Below are positions 42,342 to 54,062 of a stretch of DNA of 64,000 bases, piece after piece (the stretch's first letter is position 1; every line of letters begins with the position of its first letter). A program made the position numbers and the translations under genes. The DNA comes from Macrostomum lignano (lineage: Eukaryota): positions 558,001 through 622,000 of the forward strand of contig NIVC01000269.1 in assembly GCA_002269645.1 (NCBI GenBank). The letters are read 5' to 3'. Under the pieces are notes generated by a model. That model ran no database searches. It was not told the DNA's origin and saw only the letters and a program-made list of their open reading frames with translations.

Positions 42342-43200
42342 ACCAAACTACTGTAATCTACTAACCAAACTACTGTAATCTACCACACCAAACTACTGTA
42401 ATCTACTAACCAAACTACTGTAATCTACCACACCAAACTACTGTAATCTACTAACCAAACTACTGTAATTCACTAACCAAACTACTGTAATCTACCACAT
42501 CATACTACTGTAATCTACTAACCAAACTACTGTAATCTACTAACCAAACTACTGTAATCTACTAACCAAACTACTGTAATTCACTAACCAAACTACTGTA
42601 ATCTACCACACCAAACTACTGTAATCTACTAACCAAACTACTGTAATCTACTAACCAAACTACTGTAATCTACCACACCAAACTACTGTAATCTACTAAC
42701 CAAACTACTGTAATTCACTAACCAAACTACTGTAATCTACCACATCAAACTACTGTAATCTACTAACCAAACTACTGTAATCTACTAACCAAACTACTGT
42801 AATTTACTAACCAAACTACTGTAATTCACTAACCAAACTACTGTAATTCACTAAACAAACTACTGTAATCTACTAACCAAACTACTGTAATCTACTAACC
42901 AAACTACTGTAATCTACCACACCAAACTACTGTAATCTACCACACCAAACTACTGTAATTCACTAAACAAACTACTGTAATCTACTAACCAAACTACTGT
43001 AATCTACTAACCAAACTACTGTAATCTACCACACCAAACTACTGTAATCTACTAACCAAACTACTGTAATTTACTAACCAAACTACTGTAATTCACTAAC
43101 CAAACTACTGTAATCTACCACACCAAACTACGGTAATCTAATAATTAAACTACTGTAATCTAATAACCAAACTACTGTAATCTACCATACCAAACTACCA
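42342..43200. repeat. 22/23-bp minisatellite (AAACTACTGTAATCTACTAACC)n
   Basis: Direct reading. Confidence 0.96.
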
Positions 43201-44409
43201 ATCCATTATATTCTGCTACAATACCAAACTACCATACTATACCTACTACAGACAATGACACACAGCTTAAATATTGCACAAAGAACTATCAAAAACAGTC
43301 CTTATTACAAGAAATACTTGGCATTTCAAAATAGCAACAAATATTAACTCAAAAGCTAAAACATTGGCCCATAAAATATAAAAACATGCAATTCAATAAC
43401 AGAAATGTTTTTGTCAATAAACTAGGCTTGAGAAGATTGGAGAATCTTTAAACAAGTACAACAGATACTATTTATCATAGCGATGCCCGTAGCCAACTAA
43501 AAATGAAAGGCGTAGGTTGTCAAAGCGATACCGACTTATAAACTGCAAATACTAATGCAAAAATAATTATATAAGCAGTATACTTAGTATAAGCGAATAA
43601 TTTACAAGGTGCAAATTTAGGGCAAGGAAAAAGCTCAAAAAGCATAACGCAAAAGCGACTGTGACCGCGCGCTCGTCATAATATTAATAGACTTATACTG
43701 ACTTCCATGCCGACATGTATGGAAAAACAGCTTTTACAAGTAGAGAATTGCTATCTCTATTAGCAATTCGCAAAAGTGCATGCGGCCAAGCATATTTATT
43801 AAATAATTTCACCAAAATATTTTATTATCTTTCCCAACTACACCCATATGCTGGTACTAAACTTGGTTCAGATTCTCTTCATAAAGATATTTTTCTATAC
43901 ATATCGGTAGAGTGGTAAAATATTGGTGCGAATCGTATTTAGGTAGTTTAATAAGCCTTCTAAATTTAGAATTTTAACAGAAAATTAAACCTTAAAGAAC
44001 CGATTGGCTGTAATATTACACCATCCTGCCGATATGTATCGAAAAAAACTTTAGAGGGAATCGCAAAGAATAAGTTGCTTAAAATAATACCCGAGCCGAA
44101 TTTGCTTAAGTAATTAGAAATTTTATCGTATATTACCTAAAATTCCAAAGAAACAATTCGGACACAGTATTCTCTGAACCTCCCGATATGCATCGAAAAG
44201 TAACCTTACAAGTGAAAATAGTTATTGAATTGTCACAAGGTTTATGCGACAAAGCATATTCGATGAAATAATTTCCCAGGAATTTACAAAGTAACCTTTT
44301 AAACTATTAAAAACAGATCACTGCAATGTTTTATCACCCTCCCGATATGTATCGAAAAAAACTTTACAAATAGAGAATCGATACAAGTTGTCTAAACACA
44401 ATATCAGCA

Positions 44410-44865
44410 TCATCGCAGGCCGCTGTTACCCAGCACGGCAACTCCATCCCCAGCATCTTCATCTGTGACGCCCGCCGTTGTTGCAGCCGCATTCTCCATC
44501 ATGCTGAAATTCTCGCAGAACTCTTCCTCATCATACTCGAACTCGTCGTTCACAACCGGGTCGTTAAGACGTCTGTGTCGACGACGACGACGACGACCGA
44601 CGCCATTGTTCAGCAGCTGCATCCGTCGGCGCCTCAGCCTCCGATTGAAGCAATGCTGCTTCAAGGATACAAAAGAGGCAGTCAGGAGCAACAGAAGCAG
44701 CAGCACTCCAATGCCGAGACCCAATTCAACGCTGAATGGCAACCGGCTGCTGCTACTGCCGCCTCCAGGCACAGGCGGATGGCTGTGACTCCTAATGCTG
44801 GGAGCTGTTGTGATCCGAGGCTGAGGCAGCATTGTAGGGACAGCAGTGGTATTCGGCAATGCCAT
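44410..44865 (-). CDS. Small single-pass membrane protein (151 aa, possibly 5' incomplete)
   Basis: GC-rich ORF with a P/T/S-rich N-terminus containing an NTT sequon, hydrophobic helix LGLGIGVLLLLLLLTASFVSL, polybasic stop-transfer KQHCFNRRLRRRR and an acidic tail (DEFEYDEEEF). A possible upstream acceptor lies at 44898. Confidence 0.7.
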   Translation of the reverse strand: MALPNTTAVPTMLPQPRITTAPSIRSHSHPPVPGGGSSSSRLPFSVELGLGIGVLLLLLLLTASFVSLKQHCFNRRLRRRRMQLLNNGVGRRRRRRHRRLNDPVVNDEFEYDEEEFCENFSMMENAAATTAGVTDEDAGDGVAVLGNSGLR

Positions 44866-45199
44866 GTGCAGTTGAATACTTTGGCAGAATTTTACAACTG
44901 CACAAAACTCAATGATGGTTTATTGGCTTACAGAAAAAAATAATGCCAGATATGACATTTTGTCAAACTAAATTAAGTAAAGTACAAAAAATTGATTGCA
45001 TAATTGCAAATAGAAATATAAAAAGTTAAACACTTTAAGAAATAAGCTTTCTAATTAAAAGTACAATATTTTCTAGCTTCCATGGAGACAACAATTAATA
45101 ATTATATATGTGCCATACACCTGCCTGCGCAAATGTGCAATCAACAGCTCAGCCGCAGCTATTGTATGCCGGCACATCTGAAGGCTGCATATGGCTGTT

Positions 45200-45317
45200 C
45201 AGTCCAAGGACTGCTAGGGGATGGGTCACCACATACCTTCAATTACCCCAGCTAATGCTGGCATCCATTCTACAGCAGGGTGAACTGAAGCAATGCAAAG
45301 ATAAGCATCTTGCTCAT
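45200..45317 (-). mobile_element. CORE-SINE 3' fragment, copy 3
   Basis: Reverse complement reads GAGCAAGATGCTTATCTTTGCATTGCTTCAGTTCACCCTGCTGTAGAATGG...GGGGTAATTGA...AGTCCTTGGACT, matching copies 1 and 2. Confidence 0.78.
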
Positions 45318-45807
45318 TTTTAAACTTTCAAGTCATGAGTCCAATACTCTGGCCACTAGGCTACAACCCTATAGAACCCTATATATTAAGACAAGCAGAT
45401 ATGCCCAAGCTTTGGAAATTAGATGCTAAGGTTTTTCATATGCCAGAAGGCTCATTCCATATAAGATGGACATATTTGGAAAATAGAAAAAAGTCAATAT
45501 TTTTGCTTGCCATTGCCTAATTAGCCTATTTTTTTACCAAATGTTTATATTGTGCAATATATACAATCTAAGAATAAAGGAATGGTAAAATGTTGGATTA
45601 GTATGTTATCAATTGGCAAAAAGTCATTTTTGTAAAAATTTGGACATTTTTCGAAGCAAAAGACATCATTAAGATTTTGTACCTTTTAAAAACAAATAGA
45701 AAGCTTTTGAAGGTTGAAACAAACTATAGATAAAAGTATAGTACTTGCATCATCAGATAAAAGCATTGGTGACCAAATAATCTATTATATTTTTAATGTA
45801 TTAGTAC

Positions 45808-46804
45808 TGTAACAGTGGTGATTCCTATACACTGAGAATCCCACCGCTGCCACCAAAGTTGTCCTAGGGGTTACTTCTGTCTCTAATAATAATTTCACAC
45901 TGTCACCAAAAGCTGTCACAGGGCTAATTTACTAATCTCTTAAGTGTTCTTCTTAGGTTGGTAGCTGCCACCAAGATTATTCGATTAATAAATTATGAGT
46001 TTATCAATATTAGAATAATCTGAGAAATGTTTCTTAGAATAGGTCTGAGTATAAGTCTTTAAGTATCAGTCTAAGTATAAGTCTAAGAATAAGTCTAGGT
46101 ATATGTCTAAGGATTAGTCTAAGTATCTACTTCTATTGGTAGCGTTCTTAGTATATGTATTGGTAGCGTTCTTAGTATATGCCGAGTGGTCTACTATTGG
46201 CCTGGAATGTATTTCTCAGAATGATCTTCCTTGTAATTCTTTTGTAGTTATTTAAGTGTCTGATCGTCTAGTCCAGTCGTTTAGGCGTTCCCGAGATTAG
46301 AGGGTCACGGCCTTCTCAATACTGTATATGTATTCCCGAGATCTACTTTGTTTTACTTCAATCTCCTTGGTATTCTGAGTATCAGTAGTATCTGTGATAT
46401 GATTAACTTCCACTTCACTCTTTGAATCGAAAAATTTACTAAGTCTTGAAAAGATTTCTAAGTAACAGTTTAAGGCTCAACAAGTAGCGAGACTTGAGAC
46501 TAATTTAGGAACAAGCAATCAGCCAGTTGGTGGCTCTCTGGCCAGATCCCGTCTATTTATACTATTTTGAGACTTGATCAATATTAATTTTGATATATGC
46601 AGTATTAAAACAAATAGGGCTAAAATTAGTTTTCGGTTTAAAAATACATACAATTTTTACATGAATATTATTATTAAACGTTAGAAGATTAAAACAAATA
46701 ATATGTGAATACTATTCTTGAGTGATAAAACTCGAAATTATTATTGACAAATTTATTTACAAAAACTATTATTATTACTATTAGTAGCATTAAGCGCTTG
46801 CACA
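45808..46804 (-). repeat. 3' LTR
   Basis: Direct repeat of 50891-51887, preceded on the minus strand by the polypurine tract. Confidence 0.95.
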
Positions 46805-47230
46805 ACCTGCTCACCCTTAAAAAATAAATTTGAATAAAAATATTGAATATTTGAGTGAAAATTTATTTAGCATGTAGAACACAACAGCATAGAAACAAAT
46901 ACAAGAAATTAGCGTATGCAATATAAAACTATAAATGTAGCACAAGATAAAAATAAAACAGACAAACTTTTTAGAAAAATAGTCAAAAATGCAATTAATA
47001 GAGCACAATTAGAAAAACACAAGCATACAGGCAAACAAAGGCTGCTTAGTTATAAGGCAAACATTGAGAATATAGCATATGTAGGCAATGAATATTTACA
47101 TAATGTAAAACTATATAAAAATGAAGCTATCAGAAAAATTATTAGACTAATGCAAACAAGCAAGATATAAAACTAAAAGCTGCATAGCAAACAGGTAGTA
47201 AAAGTAGAAAAAGTTAAAAAGAAAGCATAC

Positions 47231-48114
47231 TTAAAAATTGCATGGGTCAGGCAGTTCTCGGTAGTATGGCCAGCCGAGTTGGGCAAACAGCCAGCGCATT
47301 TCAACTGCGAGCAGCTGATGTTGGACAGTCTCGTCACTTGGAGGCATGGCACGGCGGAGGCCGAGGGCGATGTACTGCAGTACCGTGACAGCCTGCCGTT
47401 GCTCGAGACGGTCTCGCAGAGCCCTGATCGCTGTCCAAACCTGAGACCTCTGCGGCAAGGCCTGATCTAATCGAAGACGGCCAATCCGCATGAGATACTG
47501 GCGGATTGCGTGGGCGATTTTCTCGAGTTGCTCGCCATGCTGACGCAGAACAGCGTGCATCGCCTCTCGCAGAGTGTTTTCGAGATGTTCTTGGGCAACT
47601 GTCGATCCTGCCGGAGCTGGTGCCGGGGCTGCCGGTGCTGCACTCAGTCGTGGACCACGAGCCGTTCGCTTCGGTACCGTCGATGGTGTCGGCAGCTGCA
47701 CGGTGCGCCTCTCCTGGCTTGCGGCGGCTGCTCGGCAGTTCTGCGGCATGTACTGCTGTACGGGTGCTGCTGCTTGAGCCCTGATGACAGCGGCGCGCTT
47801 TTGATGCGGGGGCTCATCGACGCGTAACTGCAGAGCATTTGAAGCGACAGGCGACGGTTCTCGAGGCCGCTTGTTCGAACTGCCAAGAGCGCGGGGCCGA
47901 GTCGGCTGTCGGAGCGGTGCTTCGTCCTCGGGGCTGCTGGCGGGGCTGCTGATGTTGGCGCTGATGAGGTTGCCGACGACGAGGCGGCTGACGAGGCTGT
48001 TGTTGGTGCTGACGAAGCTGCGGCCGCTGAAGCTTCCTGCGGCGGCGGCGTTGAGATCGGCACCTCTTCGTCGAGCAGAGCCTTCAGGAAATCGTCGATA
48101 TTCTCGTCTTCCAT
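47231..48114 (-). CDS. Accessory ORF of the LTR element (about 294 aa if one -1 frameshift near 47930 is corrected), unknown function, not env-like
   Basis: Strong Kozak GCCATGG at 48114 starts MEDENIDDFLKALLDEE and an A/S/P/T-rich linker. The -1 frame is stop-free from about 48147 to 47231 and continues EDEAPLRQPTRP...SNKRPREPSP...EHLENTLREAMHAVLRQHGEQLEKIAHAIRQYLMRIG...WPYYRELPDPCNF. No signal peptide or TM helix. Confidence 0.6.
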
Positions 48115-50158
48115 GGCTGGGCTTGTCAGACTTGATGGTTTGTAATCTTTAAGCTTACAGTGAGAACAAATATGATTCCTTGGGTTGGCTCGTGTTTTCA
48201 TAATGTATTCGAAAAACTGGACCGCATCTTCGTGTTCGCTCGAGAGGGGGTTTAGCAAATTTCGAACGGGCTCGCTCATTGGTTCAGAGCAGCGCACCGT
48301 TGCTAAGCGTTGCTAGGATTATTTATTGACTTCGGATTTCTTCACACAATTCTCTCATTTCTACTACTAGTAATGCGCAATGTTTTTGTGTTTTTATATT
48401 TTTAAACTTTTTATATTTTGTCAATTTTTATTATTTACAACAGATTTCTATATACAGAGCAATTTTTCTGATTTTAAGCAAATTCTATTTACAATTTAAT
48501 ACTTGGTATGATACAAATTCGATCATTTCAGATAATGGGTGTATCGCCTGCGGGGGGCGAATCCTGAGGTGACAATTCTCTCACTTCTTGGTCTCAAATT
48601 ATAATGCGACCTATGCTCAATCCTTTCGTCTTCATTTCTTTCTCTCCTATCTAATTCTAATGCGTCATCTGTTTCGGCTGGCTCAGTCTTCTCACTATCT
48701 GTTGACTCATCTTCATGCTCAAATTCTTCTTCGGTTGGTTCTATCTCATTCTCTAGTTAGTAAGTTATGTAATTATTGGATTAGTTTGGTTTCAAGCCTT
48801 TACTTTCCGAAATTGCTATGTCCTCAGGAATGGGCTAAAATTGGCTGTCATTGGACTACCTTGCTTCCTCCAAAAGAACAGTGAGCACTCCTTCCAGTAT
48901 TCCATCTCTCATATTTCTCTTTTCCAATTTTCAGGATCCTTGAGAAAGGGCTTTAAAATGGCTGTGCCGAGCCTTTCTAAGCGGGATCGAAAAGTTTTCC
49001 TTCTTTCTTAATTAAATTTTTCTCTGACAAATTCTTCTTTTTTTCTCATCTCTCTTATTTTTGTTCTTCACAGACTATCGCATCCATTTAGACAGCAATG
49101 ATATCTGATCTAAAGAGGGACACCATGAGATAGCTGATCGGATTTTTCTTGGCTTTTTCTCACAATTTTTCTCCTCGCTTTATCAAACTCTCAATTCTTC
49201 TGGTTCACTTCTTTGACTTTGCTTATGTACTTCTTCTTGATTTTTCTTCGAATTCTTCTCTTGAATTCACTTCTTCAAATTCGCTTCTCGACTACTCTTG
49301 ATTCTCTTCTACTTGGTGTCTATTAGCGCTTGAGGGTGCGGCTAGACTACGTCACTCGATGGCGACAAAAAGTCTTTAGTCTACCTCTTGCTTTTAGCAC
49401 ACCTTTTCTTCTCTAATTCTCGATTCCTCTCAAATTCTCGTCTTCTTCTTCAATTCAACTTCTCAGCGTCCTGTATTCTCTTCTCTCTACTGCCTATTGT
49501 CAGAGTTTATTACATTAATTCTTTAATTATTTCTTCTTCACAGAGCTTCTCACTACTCCGACTCTTATTGTAGACTTCCTATCTTACTTTCTGAGCAGCC
49601 TAACTAACCGAATTAAACCTGTTTTTGTTGATTTTCTGAATTTTCTTTGTCAAAACGGCCCTTTTCGGGGTCACCTAATTCTTTATGGCTCTTCTGGAGA
49701 CTTAATTTTGCGTAATTTAGTGTGCTATTTGCATAGAGAATATTTACACAGTTACACAGTGCTAATTATAGTTATTTCATATATGCTAAGAGTCTACTCG
49801 AAAACTTCGGTAAAACGGCCCTTCTGAGGCTTCTATACAGTATTTTGTTAAGAGAACCTTCCTGAGCTATTTACTTCAAGCAATTTTGTGCAATAGTGAC
49901 GTATTTACATAATACAGTACTATAATAATCATGTATGTCAAACATTTTAATGAGCTAGCGATTTACATAAGTGGTATTTTGCTAAAACGGCCCTTTTGGG
50001 GCTCCATTAGGCAATTATGTGCATTATGTATATTGTACGGTTCTATGTTTAACATTTTTATTTTCTTTTTCGAAGCTTTTTATAAATTTTTATATTTTTT
50101 ATGAATATTATGTACAATTTTCTTAGCTTAATCGAATCGTGCTTACAGAAAATTACCA

Positions 50159-50751
50159 TTATCCATTCTCCTGAGCTCGCTGTCTGGCTTCTCCCAAGTT
50201 TACTCTGCATTTATGACCTGCCTGTGGCCTGATTGATCCTGGCTGACCACAGAAAAAGCAGTGGCCGGGCTTTGGTTCTGGTCTGGCGCCACTGAATCTG
50301 TGCGGCGGGCGCGGCTTTGGCGTCATCTGATATTTGTACTGCTGCTGCTGCTGCTTTGGGTTTAGCCCTAAGTTCACATTTGTCAGAATGGCCGTTAGGG
50401 TCATCAAGCACTCGACTAGGGCTTGGACTCCATTCTCCTCCTGCTTCTGCTGCTTCCTTTCGAACTGCTCAATAACTTGTCGCCTAATGTCTTGATAGTG
50501 CTGCTGGTCTTGTCTATGGCTCATCCTCCGCTTCAATTCTTCTGGATATCCAGATTGGCGAAAAGAGCTACTTTTCGTTTTTCTCCATTCAGTCCTTGCA
50601 TCCTGCATTGCTGCTCGAATGCATTGATCCACTGTCTGATATTTTTGTCAGGTGTGTACTTCTCAATCTCTACTTGCTTCTCCATTCCTAATCCTAGCTT
50701 CTTTGACAGCTCCTCAGCTAACCTAGCAATTGCGTCGTTGGCATTAGCCAT
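50159..50751 (-). pseudogene. Short gag-like ORF with a 1-nt frameshift near 50535
   Basis: MANANDAIARLAEELSK...NIRQWINAFEQQC...LFANLDIQKN* continues in the -1 frame as LKRRMSH...YQDIRRQVIEQF (capsid-like) to CFFCGQPG (degenerate zinc knuckle). Restoring one T (AAT TTG AAG) fuses the two. Located directly downstream of the PBS. Confidence 0.75.
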
Positions 50752-50867
50752 CTCTCTTCTTGTCAGGTTCTGCTATTTCTCTAGTCTTCTAATGTTTTGC
50801 CGTTTCTCTGATCTAAATCGCGCCGTTTCTCTAATCTGTTTGATTCTGAAATTCTGGCCGTTTCTCT

Positions 50868-50886
50868 AATCCCACCGCTGCCACCA
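50868..50886 (-). promoter_or_regulatory. Primer-binding site complementary to the tRNA-Leu 3' end
   Basis: Minus strand TGGTGGCAGCGGTGGGATT lies 4 nt after the 5' LTR. It matches the recalled eukaryotic tRNA-Leu end ...GAATCCCACCGCTGCCACCA. Confidence 0.88.
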
Positions 50887-50890
50887 AAGT

Positions 50891-51887
50891 TGTAACAGTG
50901 GTGATTCCTATACACTGAGAATCCCACCGCTGCCACCAAAGTTGTCCTAGGGGTTACTTCTGTCTCTAATAATAATTTCACACTGTCACCAAAAGCTGTC
51001 ACAGGGCTAATTTACTAATCTCTTAAGTGTTCTTCTTAGGTTGGTAGCTGCCACCAAGATTATTCGATTAATAAATTATGAGTTTATCAATATTAGAATA
51101 ATCTGAGAAATGTTTCTTAGAATAGGTCTGAGTATAAGTCTTTAAGTATCAGTCTAAGTATAAGTCTAAGAATAAGTCTAGGTATATGTCTAAGGATTAG
51201 TCTAAGTATCTACTTCTATTGGTAGCGTTCTTAGTATATGTATTGGTAGCGTTCTTAGTATATGCCGAGTGGTCTACTATTGGCCTGGAATGTATTTCTC
51301 AGAATGATCTTCCTTGTAATTCTTTTGTAGTTATTTAAGTGTCTGATCGTCTAGTCCAGTCGTTTAGGCGTTCCCGAGATTAGAGGGTCACGGCCTTCTC
51401 AATACTGTATATGTATTCCCGAGATCTACTTTGTTTTACTTCAATCTCCTTGGTATTCTGAGTATCAGTAGTATCTGTGATATGATTAACTTCCACTTCA
51501 CTCTTTGAATCGAAAAATTTACTAAGTCTTGAAAAGATTTCTAAGTAACAGTTTAAGGCTCAACAAGTAGCGAGACTTGAGACTAATTTAGGAACAAGCA
51601 ATCAGCCAGTTGGTGGCTCTCTGGCCAGATCCCGTCTATTTATACTATTTTGAGACTTGATCAATATTAATTTTGATATATGCAGTATTAAAACAAATAG
51701 GGCTAAAATTAGTTTTCGGTTTAAAAATACATACAATTTTTACATGAATATTATTATTAAACGTTAGAAGATTAAAACAAATAATATGTGAATACTATTC
51801 TTGAGTGATAAAACTCGAAATTATTATTGACAAATTTATTTACACAAACTATTATTATTACTATTAGTAGCATTAAGCGCTTGCACA
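50891..51887 (-). repeat. 5' LTR
   Basis: TGT...ACA ends, an internal TATAAATA box, and the PBS immediately downstream. Confidence 0.95.
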
Positions 51888-52912
51888 GTACCTCAAAGTT
51901 ATTGAATTGACAGAAAAAAATATGTTACGACCATAATGTTACGACCATAAGGCTGCCTTTTCTTTTGTATCTTTGTTGCCTTTTGAGTTTATATATTCTA
52001 ATAAAAGAGTATGATTTCTAAAGATGTTCTTAGTCAAATTTTAAAAATGTATCGCAAAATATCAAAAATCCTGTCGTTACGACCATAAGTGTCATTTAAG
52101 GTTTAATAGCATCTATACTAATGATGATATCTATATGAAACTCTATAAATATATTCTAGACAAAATAATCTTTCATTTAAAATATTGGTTTAGTATATTC
52201 TATTATTAGATTTCATTTTATAAGTAAAAATAACCTGTCATGTTACGACCATGCTTATATGGAATGAGCCAGAAGCATAATGTTAGTTGGCATGAGTAAA
52301 AAATTCAAAGTCAAATAAAATACCCATTATCTCTATCCTATCTTTTACACTGATGAATAGCTGGCTTACACCTACTATACAATATATATGAGACAGTACA
52401 CTGAGATGAGGAAACATATAACTGGCCAATCAAATTAAGAAAACTCCAAAAGAGTTAATTCAATCAAATATTTAAACTTATGATAGATTATATGATATAA
52501 GAAATAGAAATTTTAATATCTTAATTCAAAGTGAAAAATGGCCAAGACTTCCATCATAAAGCTCTGTATTCACTCTGCAATGAATTACAATTTAAAGCTT
52601 CTATCCTAAAACTAATGGCAAATTTTCTTAGATTTTAGCCCCATGTTACATAATTCCTACTATGTATATTGATCCTATCTGAATTTTAATTGATACAGTT
52701 TGCTAAAGTTCTAAATTTTCTAATATCTATATGACTATATTCATGTCAATATTTGTAGCTAATTAATTTCTATAAATTCATATAACTTCTCAAGGTCTAA
52801 CTTATTTTTTGTATAAGAAAAATTGCTCAAACAATATTTATCTTTACTTTAACAACCACTAGCTCAAGTATACAGCCTGCATATGGCTTTGAAAATATTT
52901 GTTGCTTAAATT

Positions 52913-54062
52913 TGTAACCCCAATTTAAACTTAAATGATCATATATATATAATTATATAAAATGGGCTTAAAAAGGAAATATTGAATATTGAATATTGAA
53001 ATATATTTAGAAAAATGTTTTGAGACAAAAAATAAAATAAGAACAAGAACAATAGCAAATTGCACTACAAAAATATAAAAAATTAAAGATGCAAAATGTT
53101 TTGAGGCAGGCAATTATTCTTTATTCTTTGTTTTATTAGTCTGTTTTATTCATTGAAACTATGTCATTCTAATTCGCGCGAAAAATTAAGAAACATATTT
53201 TGTTATAATAAGCACTTTTCTGAAAATAATTTGACAATTTAATTTTTTGTTTAAAACTGTAGCAAATTATAGTATAAATAGAAGCGAATTTTGCTAAGAG
53301 AGAACCAGACTTGTTCCTCGTCTCAAGTTGCCTCTCGCAGTTAAGCAATTATCAAGGTTAAGAAATGTTCCAAGCAAATATAATTGAAGATTGTTTCTGA
53401 GTTAGGCCTACTCATTTACAGAAGAGTGAAATAGACTGAAGTGTATATAGTATATACTATTGAGAAGCAGCAATATTGAGTCGTAAGAGAATACGAAGTA
53501 GATCTAAAGTGATACGTGTAAGAATAACCGGAGGCTATGACCCTCTGATCTTAGTAACGCCTAAGGACTTGCAAAGTACATGGAATATATATACCAGTAT
53601 ACCAGCCAATAGACCACTCACACCAAAAGTACAATAAACACTAGCAGAATAAGAATAAATGCTACCAGAATAACAGAGGCAGCTACCAACTTAACAAGAA
53701 AACTTAAAGATTAGTGTAGGAAGTTAGCCCTAGAACAACTTCAGTGGCGCAACCAGGGGAGGGTGGGGGGGCGGTCGCCCTCCCCTTAGGTGGGAGATTA
53801 AAAAAAATCAAAGGGGGGACCAAGCAAATTTTTGCCAAAAACAGAGCCACCCCTCCGCCCCCCCCCCCTCCCGGGACTTTACCCTCAGAATCTGCCCCCC
53901 CCCTTGAAAAATTTCTGGTTGCGCTACTGAACAACTTTAGTGATAGCATAAGGACTCGGCAGAGGCTAAGAATTAGGGCTTTATAGGACAAAGCCAAGAG
54001 GCCTAGCACAGCTTGGTTGCAGCAGTGGGATAATTTCAGTAAGAGGAAACATGCCTGTAATA
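52913..54062 (+). mobile_element. Diverged solo LTR related to the 45808-51887 element (ends approximate)
   Basis: Colinear matches to the young LTR: TAGTATAAATAGA...AGAGAG...CTTGTTCCT..GTCTCAAGT (53270-53330), GGCAGCTACCAAC.TAA.AAGAA.ACTTAA.GATTAGT..TTAGCCCT (53680-53732), and CCTAGCACAGCTTGGTTGCAGCAGTGGGAT...CTGTAATA (54002-54062). No convincing TSD. Confidence 0.7.
53742..53929. mobile_element. hAT-type MITE (188 bp)
   Basis: 15-bp TIRs CAGTGGCGCAACCAG / CTGGTTGCGCTACTG (14/15 match) and a perfect 8-bp TSD AACAACTT (53734-53741 and 53930-53937). Confidence 0.92.

Larger units (their letters stand above)
45808..51887 (-). mobile_element. Young non-autonomous Ty3/Gypsy-derived LTR retrotransposon (6080 bp)
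   Basis: Two 997-bp near-identical LTRs (45808-46804 and 50891-51887, TGT...ACA ends, one mismatch noticed), 4-bp TSD GTAC, tRNA-Leu PBS, PPT-like AAGGGTGAGCAGG (46806-46818), a gag, and a decayed pol tail containing HYNLRPR (about 48587-48607). No RT, RH or IN core ORF seen. Confidence 0.93.
45449..52270. mobile_element. Non-autonomous TIR DNA transposon (about 740 bp once the nested LTR element is removed)
   Basis: Perfect 17-bp TIRs GGCTCATTCCATATAAG (45449-45465) and CTTATATGGAATGAGCC (52254-52270). 4-bp TSD AGAA (45445-45448 and 52271-52274). Four subterminal GTTACGACCAT motifs near the right end. Superfamily not assigned. Confidence 0.8.

Noticed and set aside
47231-48297. env gene of an endogenous retrovirus
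   Set aside because: No signal peptide, furin site, fusion peptide or TM helix.
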